A DNA stretch of 62,487 bases, the filler included, from Choristocarpus tenellus KU-1152 (Eukaryota > Protista > Phaeophyceae): assembly GCA_964200185.2 (NCBI GenBank). It is 11 parts of 11 records of this genome, joined end to end, with 100 filler letters (N's around TTAATTAATTAA, not from the genome) between each part and the next. Parts side by side here need not be neighbours in the genome. Positions count along the whole stretch, not along the records: positions 25,303 to 28,166 come from CAXNAD020024113.1; positions 28,267 to 32,618 come from CAXNAD020014969.1; positions 32,719 to 45,677 come from CAXNAD020001636.1; 8 more parts are not named here. The stretch is one strand, 5' to 3'. Each line of letters starts with the position of its first letter. The first letter of the stretch is position 1. The translations under genes were made by a program, and so were the position numbers. This document shows, piece by piece, positions 25,898 through 35,498 of this stretch. The notes under the pieces are model-generated. The model ran no database searches. It was not told where the DNA came from and saw only the letters and a list, made by a program, of their open reading frames with translations.

Positions 25898-27323
25898 ATG
25901 TACTTGTCCGTTCCCAGACGGACGTTGGCTCACTCAGCCATGGCCGTAACTCAACAAGGATGTGGCACCTCAGCGTTGTGTGCGTTGTTGCTTGCTCTGA
26001 ACTTGTTACTACCTAGATGCTGTGCCAGTGGGTCCAATCTAGGCCGATATTGCAGTGGAAGTGGTGTCCCTGTACGGACGGTGTCTGGAACTCCACGCAC
26101 GATGTTGCGCGGTGGAGGTTCTCCTCCCTCTCCCACAGGCATGATCTCCACGTCAAGCCCCCCTGGCTCTTCAGAAAATAGCATCGATGAAGCATTGTAT
26201 TCTCGGCAGCTGTATGTCATGGGAAAGTCAGCGATGGTCAAGATGAGCAAAGCTGATGTTTTGATATCTGGGCTAAGGTGAGGAAGAGAAAGATCCTGTG
26301 CCACATGTTTGTTCAGGGTGCGCTATGCTCGAGGCACCACTCTTTAAGAAAAAATACAAGATAGGACATCTAAACGCTAGCATTGCATTTCACAAACTCT
26401 TGATCGTGCCCCCAGCAGTATGTTTTTGTCACAAGAACAGAAATCGCGAAGAGGGTGGGTGGGTCAGGGGAGGGCAGACCTGCCTAGAACGACACGTGTT
26501 GCCCTTGACCCAGCTCCCGGGACTCTCCCCACCTCACTGACAACACCATCTACCTTCTCCCCCCGGGCCATCCTCTCTCCCCCAACCCTTGCACTATTGA
26601 TCATCCGTGCAACAGCGGTCTCGGAGCTGAAACGGCGAAGAACGTTATCCTTGCAGGGGTGAGGTCGGTGACCATTCACGATGACAGGCCTGTCACTATG
26701 GAGGATCTTTCTTCTCAATTCTGTCTTGGAGATGGCAATGGCTGCAGTTACAGCAGCAATAGGGTCAGTGATGGAGGCGAGGGAGAAGGTAGAAAAAACC
26801 CGGGGAGGGCTCGAGCTAGCCTCGCCCACCTACAGGAGCTTAACCCGTACGTTGAGGTGCGACTGCTGGAGGTGAGTGTTGACCTTAACAAGTTGCTCAA
26901 GAGAGAATTGCGTGCTATCTTCCCCTCTCCGTTGCGTACGCTACATATAATTGCCCATCCTTATTCATACTGCACAGATCCGTCTGGTATTTCCAACCAA
27001 TACGATGTGGACAGGAAGGGACTTCTCTCCCTTAGCCTCTCCTCTCACTACCACCCTCACCCTCTGCGCACAAAAAAATAAAATATTGGTACGTGCATTC
27101 TATTGTGCAGGGTCCTCTGACTGCGGAGGCCATTACTGACGGGGGATACAGTGTTGTTGTCCTAGTGGATGAGGTTGTGGGGCGGCAGCTGGCTGCCAAT
27201 GAAGCTTGCAGGAAATCTGGGGCTTGCTTCATCTCCGCCTCCTCTCGGGGTGTCTTTGCGTCGCTTTTTTGCGACTTTGGATCCTGCTTTGTTGTTGATG
27301 ATGAAGATGGGGAAGATCCCAAG
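25898..27323 (+). CDS. UBA1: Ubiquitin-activating enzyme E1 with N-terminal signal peptide and transit-like region (probable periplastid SELMA sUba1), 5' part (exons 25898-26277, 26616-26871, 27111-27323)
   Basis: [67 protein letters not shown] and RGVFASLFCDFG..F.V.D.DGEDP are hallmark UBA1 segments. They are preceded by hydrophobic SALCALLLALNLLLPRCCA and an S/R/G/P-rich spacer containing LRGG. Confidence 0.92.
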
Positions 27324-28684
27324 GTGTGAGGGCATAGGGTGGGGGGGGGATGGATTGTATATGGGGAGTAGGGGCTGTTAGGAGATGGAGTATGAAGGCT
27401 ATCACCCCTGAGTGCTTGTTCTCTGTTTTGAGCAGATGAGAGGTGCCTGATGGCTCAAGCACACTGCCTTGTTTCCTCTACAGTTGTAGATCCAATCTAA
27501 GATCAACATTATCAATTGTTCGGTGTGGCACTCATGAAAGAATTTGGGCAAAATCTTGAACATTATGTCTTGAGCAAAAGATGCCATTATTATCACGCCT
27601 ACAATTGTAACTACCGTACATGATTCTATTTGTAGGTGAAGGTGGCTCACTGACAGTGTTCTGCTGCTGATATCTTGAGGTAATTAACAATGTGTATACA
27701 CACCAGACTTGTATGAAACTGTATGTGGGGATAGGGAGACCCTCTGCTCTTTGCTCCTTCCTTAGTTATTTATCAATAGGACATCACTGTGAAATATGTC
27801 ACACCCCGGAGAAATCAAATCTGAATTGTGACTAACAAATTGATGTCCAAAATATCAATAGCACATCCTGTCATAAATCTTTGTTAAGCAAGCTGGGGCA
27901 CATCCTCACAAATCAGAGATTTAGGAGTTAAATCCTTCACTTTGTGGATCCCAATCTTTTGTAACCAATCATATTTCTGAGAGTGGAGTGTGACAAATCT
28001 TCCAACAACCTGGTGAGATGTTGACGAATCAGCAGACTGTGTTGTGCACAACTTGTGCTCACAAGCACAAATAGAGTGGAGGAATTCAAATCAGTGTCTT
28101 TGTACTGGGGATCCATATGTATGTGTTTTGCAGATAGGGGTGGGAGGGGGGGGGGGGGACTAATGTNNNNNNNNNNNNNNNNNNNNNNNNNNNNNNNNNN
28201 NNNNNNNNNNTTAATTAATTAANNNNNNNNNNNNNNNNNNNNNNNNNNNNNNNNNNNNNNNNNNNNGGACATTAACGGTGGCCTAGCTAGGCAAGTTGAA
28301 TTAGCAGTAGAGAGGCTGATCTCTGACGTTCTGCTTTGTCGAGGAATCAGACATGGTTATCCTGTCACAAGGAATCTATGGTCACATCGAAGGAACCCAA
28401 TCCCACAACTTTGGGTATCCATCACAAATGACAGCATCTATCCCAAAAGCCATGTTTCCCCAATCCAGAACACTGATAGAGTGCAACCAATCTACCCCCT
28501 CGCACCCCCTACCCACCTCAACCCAACGTGCTTAAAACAACCTTCCTGGCCTCTCGCCCAACTGACTCAGTGCAGCATCAACACGAAGCTCTTAACCTCC
28601 CCGCTACACCCATCTCCTGCCCGCTTTAACCATGAACAATATTCGCCTTGTCGTTGGACAGTTTCATGCTCTGCATGCATCAGA

Positions 28685-31600
28685 GAAAGAAGAATACTTT
28701 GGATAGCAATGATGATCCCATCGAACATCCCTCCATCACTTCAGCAGTAAAGGACAGGGAGGAAGGGAGGGAGGGAGTTGTGGGTCTCAGGAAGTCGCGA
28801 GTTAGGAGGGGTGGAGTAGTAGCCCAAGCGTATAAAAGAAAGATGAAGGAAGAGGTCCTTGCTTGTAACAAACTCCTCAGATTGATCGGAGACTCGGGGC
28901 TAGATGAGGACATGGTGAGGGTGTATGAGGCCATGAAGGAGGCGGGTCTAAGGCCAACCATCATCACCTTTTCAACGCTCATCTCCAGGTACAACAAACG
29001 TTTTGTGGGAGGGAGACATTTATGCATAGGCCCAATGTGTAGCACTATTGTGGAATGCTGAAACTGAATGTTTTGATTCGATGCTGTGATTCTGTCAGAT
29101 CAATCAATGATGTACTCTACCCTTCTTGGACTAGCTGGGGGACAAGGCAGACTCAAGTAGGATACGTGTTTGGAAGGATTCCAATCAAATGTGACATCAG
29201 CATAGAGTACAGGCCTCTAGGATAGGTGATGAAATTCCAGGGTAAGAACTTGAGCAGGTGTCATGCAAACACGTCATTCCCCCCTCCCCCACTCCTCCCT
29301 CTCCTCAGTCTCCCGCCTATTGTTCATACATGGTCCTATATATTTCTCATTGTCCCACCTCGTACACCCTTCCACCCTTCTTGATGTGATCAAAGCTCCC
29401 TCCATCCTACGATTTATTGCTCCATGTATTGTAGGTAGTAGCAGCAGTCAGTGCCAGTAGTCCCGACCGAGTGTAGTAGACTTCACATATTTTTTTTTCA
29501 AGTGTAACAGTACAGTAACGCATTTTAATTTTCGCTACTGGATTTCTTTTTTATTTTGTGCTTCGGGGTGCATACTTTTGTGGGATGATTTCATGACAGA
29601 CTTGGACATGCAACAGGTTTTGCCTATGGCGATCAAACTTCCTGCCCTGCAACACTCTCTCTCTCTTCTCCGATGAACTCAACGCTGGTGTTGATGAGCA
29701 AGATCCCTAAGGTGGTCGATTACTCCAGAAACCTATTAGCCCATCTGTCTATGAACTTGCCACCTGACTCCTCTCTCTCTCCTCTCTGGTCACAACATTA
29801 ACTCCTTAATATACTCTCATTGGATGGATGGATGGATGGATGGATGGATGGATGGATGGATGGATGCATTGGTGAAATTATATCCACTCTCTGTGATAAA
29901 AAAACAAAACAGAGCTGGGTCTTGCCGCAAGCTACACCTGGCAGAGAGATTTTATGGGGAGATGCTGGCAATGGGTATTCGTCCAGACGTACAGGCGATG
30001 AATAGTCTTATCAACGCCTGCGCAAAGGCTGGAAAACCGCGACGAGCGATGGAGGTGGGCCTTGTGTTAACGATATTTTCTCGGTTTTAGGGCTAGGGTC
30101 GGGGCTCGAGTTTGAAATGGTGTTGTCCGGTTGCTAGTTTTGAAACACGTGTGTGCTTGGTTTTGATGTGAGGTTGATTGTGAGTCAAAGTATCTTAAAG
30201 GGTGGAGATGCGTCCGTTTGGGGGCCAACATCCAATGTTACGATTTTGATGTAATTTTGGCTATCGTGTTTGTTAGGAAGTGTCAGATAGCCTTGTTCCG
30301 GACACACCTTTTCATAACGTATGCATTTTACCTGCTCCGAAACATTTCGGATAGGGAAATGTCATAAAAAACTTCTGGAAAGCCAAGCCCCAAACGAACA
30401 AACGGGGCAAAACTTGTACCCTCTCTTAATAAGATACTTTCTCTCTTAATAAGATACTTACTCTCTTAATAAGATACTTACTCTCTTAATAAGATACTTA
30501 CAATCACTTGGCTCTTGCCTGCCACGGGTGTTGTTTGTAGTTCATTATACACTAGTTGTAGTTGATGTTCATGGAGTGGTAGGAATAAGGGCCCATCGTT
30601 GCTACTTTGTGAGTAGTCCCTCATGGGGGGATGAGTAGTATATAGTGGAGAGATTTTAGTCAGCCTGTGATGTTGGCCTTGGTGTAGTGAGTATATTTGG
30701 GGTTTGAGATCAGAGTGCCGAGCTTGAGTGATGTTCCATTGATGAAGGGTTACCATCTACTGGCCTTGATGTACATCAATGGACTGGGGAAGGAATGAAG
30801 CGGCCCTGTGCCCTGTTGCCTCTTGATGGTTCACAAATATCATGCCAAGGTACTAATGGAAACAATAATAAAATAATTGGTGCTTTCAAGAGTGTGATTT
30901 GCCTGAAGGCTTGTTTTTCGGTCCTTTGCAGTCATCGCACTGTTGCTAAACTGTGTGTACAAAGGTACGCCTTGTACCGTCATTAATGCGTACCTTCTAC
31001 TTCACTCCGCCAGAAGAGTGAAATTTCTCAAGAATGTTCCTGGATCAACATCAGCAGCTAGTTAGCAAAAAAATATATCGTGTAAAAATCATCGAATATC
31101 CTCGGAAAGCCTGTCCATGATATGCACTTGCTTACTGTTCCTTGAGTATCCTGACCACAATTCTCAAGTCTCCCAGTATTCTACCTTTTTAGGTAGAAAC
31201 CACTACCCCCACCCCCACCCCCCCCTCCCTTCCCCTCTCTGACCAGGCCTTTGAAGAGATGCCCTCCTTTGGGCTGTCGCCTTCCATAGTCACGTTCAAC
31301 TCCCTCATCGACGCCTGCGCACGGGCAGGGGACATCACCGGGGCTCGCTCGGCGTTTGAGAGGGTAGCGGAGTGGGGCCTGATTCCAAACCAGCGAACAT
31401 TCTCAACACTCATACACTCGCATGCTAAGCGGGGACAGGTGGGGACGTTGAGACTCCCTCAGTATGCTTTTTGCAGAGGATTCGATTGAACTTTAGGATG
31501 TGATGTGTGTTTGTGTGTGTGTTTGTGTGTGTGTGCACTTATTTTTTTTGAAGTTTTTTTTTTTTTGTCTTAGGCATGCATGCTGTTGTGTCTTGGGGGC

Positions 31601-32589
31601 AGTTGGTTAGGGTTGGGTTTAGGGTTGGGGTTAGGGTTAGGGTGGACGGGGTAGGATTTTTGTTTTTGGTTGCTTCTTTGTGTGTGTCTAGATTTTTATT
31701 TTTTTGTCCCGCTGTATGTACAATAGCAGCCGGATAGAAAAATAATAATATTAATATTAATGTTAATGACAGTAATAATAATAGTGTTAATGACCTGTTG
31801 GGAGGACAGTATATGTTGGCTGATGTCCTGATGTATGTGTGTGTGTGTGTCTATGTCTATGTTTAAGTACATATATATTCTTGATTAAGAGAGTCCCTTT
31901 GATGTGAAGAAGCTGGAAGTTGCTAGTGCATTAGTAGTATGGTATGATTTTTATTTAAGAAGAGATGGTTAGTTAGAAAATGCCTAATTTTTCTTGTGTA
32001 GATGTAGATGTTTTCGATATTGGTTCGATGAGTTGCCTTGAAAGAAACCTCTTCTGCCTTGTCTAATTGGTGGTTGCTTTTATGACTGAATGCTTCAAAA
32101 TGCAATCTCATGTGACGTCCTCTGGGGGTTTTGTAGAGACCCTTCTGTTGCCATTCTTTCGAGTTTTTTTTGTTTGTCTGACAGGGCTCTTGCGCTTTCT
32201 GTTCTATGCATTTATCATTGATGTGTCTCCTCCGAGTACATTCAAGCCATGCGGCCCCTTTGTGTATCATGCGCCTTGCCTCTTTCCTACAGACTTTAGT
32301 TTGACACCGTTTGTTTTTCCAGTGCAATCACTAAAAAAGGAGAAAGAGTTCCCACACGCCTTCCATATGACCTCTTCAATAGGTGGACGAGGCCTTCGAG
32401 GTATTAGAACAGATGCGGAAGCTGGGACTGGACCCCAATAGAGTGACGTATTCGGCCCTCATCAATGCCTGTGGCAGGGCGGGTCAGCTGGAGAAGGCGT
32501 TTGTTACTCTGGGAGATATGATCCGAGGTGGAATAGAGCCTAATGTGATCACGTGGACAACCCTTATTGATGCCTGTGGCAAGAAGAAG
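28685..32589 (+). CDS. Pentatricopeptide-repeat (PPR) protein, internal exons (~28685-28988, 29913-30054, 31247-31438, 32383-32589)
   Basis: Consecutive 35-aa repeats such as [35 protein letters not shown] and [35 protein letters not shown]. Exon phases are compatible. Confidence 0.93.
30182..30500 (+). mobile_element. MITE subfamily A in a PPR intron, right TIR amplified into a 20-bp tandem array
   Basis: Starts GAGTCAAAGTATCTTA and is colinear with 14737-14994. Ends in (CTCTCTTAATAAGATACTTW) x4 at 30421-30500. Confidence 0.8.
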
Positions 32590-32718
32590 GCAAGCCTTGG
32601 TGGGGATGGGGATGGGGGNNNNNNNNNNNNNNNNNNNNNNNNNNNNNNNNNNNNNNNNNNNNTTAATTAATTAANNNNNNNNNNNNNNNNNNNNNNNNNN
32701 NNNNNNNNNNNNNNNNNN

Positions 32719-32850
32719 CTGAATGACCTATGTCCATCTGAGTGACCCATGTCCATCTGAATGACCTATGTCCATCTGAGTGACCCATGTCCATCTGAAT
32801 GACCTATGTCCATCTGAATGACCTATGTCCATCTGAATGACCCATGTCCG
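32719..32850. repeat. 19-bp tandem repeat (CTGARTGACCYATGTCCAT) x~7
   Basis: Direct inspection. Confidence 0.95.
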
Positions 32851-33015
32851 TCTAGTGTATATCCAATACGTGCCATCACTGAAGAACTGTAAGAAAAAAA
32901 AAGAATAAAGGGCTGTGATATTTTGGTCACCACTATGAAAACATTGAATGTCTATGTTATGACAGTTATCGATAGCAGTACCTGTATACCATGACACTCC
33001 CCATCCATCTTTGAT

Positions 33016-33289
33016 TAGTGAAAGTAACTTAGAGGGTACGAGATTTGCCCTGTTTGTCCATTTGGGACTTGGCTTCCCATAGGCGTTTTTTTTGTATGAC
33101 ATTTTCCGAATCCAAAAAATTTCGGAGTGGGTAAAATGTATACGCTATGAAAAGGTGTGTCCGAAACATGGATATTGACACTTCCTAACAAACACAATAG
33201 CCAAAATTCCATCAAAATTGCAACATTGGATTTTGACCCCCAAATGGACGCGGCTCTGCCCTAGCCCTAACCCTAAGATACTTTGACTC
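33016..33289 (-). mobile_element. MITE subfamily A, reverse orientation, flanks TGAT/TGAC
   Basis: Reverse complement is colinear with 14737-14994, with a near-perfect 4-bp TSD. Confidence 0.85.
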
Positions 33290-33602
33290 TGACCTTCGTG
33301 GACATATTTGATACATGGGAACCTCTCTCACGCATAGAGAGGGAGACGACAGGAATGGTATGTTAACTGCAGGATTTACAGTAGTTGCATATCTTAGATT
33401 CACCTATTGTTTTGCAGGCTGGCTAAAACGTTTCTACCCATTTTGCTTCTTACGTGGACATGAAAGCAACGGCCATAAGGTAAACTCTGCATCACCCTTT
33501 GGTGAGAAGGGTGCAGTTTGCGTCTCTAATGACAGAGAAGTTTGGTTCAACCTGATACGGTGTTTTATTCTGAAAGATGTGAGGAGGTGTTTGTTGGGTG
33601 GA

Positions 33603-34090
33603 GTCGTTGTCATAGTATTATTAATAATCATAGTCATAGTAATATTAATAATCATAATCATAGTAATAATCATAATCATAGTAATAGTAATATTAATAGT
33701 CATAGGAATAATCATAGTCGTAGTCATAATGATATTAATAATCATAGTCATAGCCATAGTAATATTAATAATCATAGTCGTAGTCATAGTAATAATCATA
33801 ATCGAAGTCGTAGCCATAGTAATATTAATAATCATAGTCGTAGTCATAGTAATATTAATAGTCACAGTCGTAGTCATAGTAATATTAATAATCATAGTCG
33901 TAGCCATAGCAATATTAATAATCACAGTTGTAGTCATAGTAATAATCATAGTCATAGTCATAGTCATATTAATAATCATAGTCGTAGTCATAGTAATATT
34001 AATAATCATAGACATGGTCAAAGTCATAGTCAGTCTTAGTCATAGGAATTGAAATAGACATAAAACATAGACATAGTTGCAGTCATAGAT
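33603..34090. repeat. AT-rich hexamer-based satellite (ATAGTC/ATAATC/ATATTA), ~30-bp higher-order unit
   Basis: Direct inspection. It generates the spurious I/V-, M/T/I- and S/H/N-rich ORFs. Confidence 0.92.
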
Positions 34091-34344
34091 AGAGTTTGGT
34101 GATAGTGTTTGATGGATGTAAGTAGCACTCATCTTCCTTGGTCATATTATACAGACGTTTGTCCCTGGTATGCCTTAAGTCTGTTCCTCTTCTTCCTTCT
34201 TTCTCCTCATCATATCATATATCGTATATCGTATATTATCATCTCACCATCTCTCGTTCTCTCTCTTCTCTTGCAACTATCTTTTCCTCCTTGCTATGAC
34301 ATGCCTCACTTTCCTTGGTCACCTTTTCGGACAGTATCACTGAT

Positions 34345-34840
34345 TTTATTATTTATATCAGAATACACTATATATTATTAATTATATCAGAATACACTAT
34401 ATATTATTATTTATATCAGAATACACTATATATTATTAATTATATCAGAATACACTTTATATTATTAATTACATCAGAATACAGTATATATATATTTGTT
34501 TACATCAGAATACACTATATATTATTATTATTTATATCAGAATACACTATATATTATTAATTATATCAGAATACACTATATATTATTAATTATATCAGAA
34601 TACACTATATATTATTATTATTTATATCAGAATACACTATATATTATTAATTACATCAGAATACAGTATATATATATATTTGTTTACATCAGCATACACT
34701 ATATATTATTATTTACATCAGCATACACTATATATTATTATTTACATCAGCATACACTATATATTATTATTTATATCCGAATACAGTATATGTTTTGTTT
34801 ACATCAGCATACACTATATATTATTATTTACATCAGAATA
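34345..34840. repeat. Minisatellite, ~29-33 bp unit (TATATCAGAATACACTATATATTATTAAT)
   Basis: About 16 degenerate copies. Confidence 0.92.
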
Positions 34841-35498
34841 CAAAGTAAGCACAACAAATTAGCTACAAGTTCAACTTGATATCTGAATGGAATACACTGT
34901 GTGTGTTGTCTGCCAGGGGCTTGGCTTGGTGGTGTAGTAGCCCTGTAGCAATCCACGTAACCAACTCCACTCCATTTGAATTTGATTGCCCTGGTATTAG
35001 TTCGCACATCTCTAGACGTAACCATCTCTAGACTGTTTAACTGAAGTCCATCCAAGGCACCTATTGAGATGTATCAACCACCTCCCCCCCCACAAACCAA
35101 TGCAAAGAAACAGTGAATCACAAAATATTTTCCCAGATATTTCCTGATGAGGTTTCCCCTGCTTGACCTACCTGTCTTGATTCACACCTGAACATACTCT
35201 GTGAGGTGCATAACTGTCAACCAATACAATCAATGTAAATAAAAAAATATTCAGAAAAAAGTAAAGCATCCCTACAGCCTCTAGTCTATTCTAGTCCAGT
35301 CTAGTTTAGTCTACCAGTCCAGTCTAATCTAGTCTAGTCTAGTCTAGTCTAGTCTATTCCAGTCTATTGGGGATAGAGTTGTGCACTTGCCTTGTCTGAC
35401 CGAATCAACCCTAGTTACTTAGGTAGTTAGTTACTTAGGTAGTTAGGTAGTTAGTCATTCACTCACTATGAAGGTGTGGCCGATGACCCATTTCTCAG

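Noticed and set aside
33315-34052. 245-aa I/V-rich ORF resembling a multi-pass membrane protein (and overlapping M/T/I and S/H/N ORFs)
   Set aside because: Translation of a hexamer satellite that is open in several frames on both strands. It probably lies in non-coding DNA upstream of the CFAP57 exons.
34345-34840. Array of ~30-bp repeats superficially like CRISPR (also 41951-42210, 32719-32850)
   Set aside because: Head-to-tail units without unique spacers, no cas genes, and a eukaryotic intronic context.
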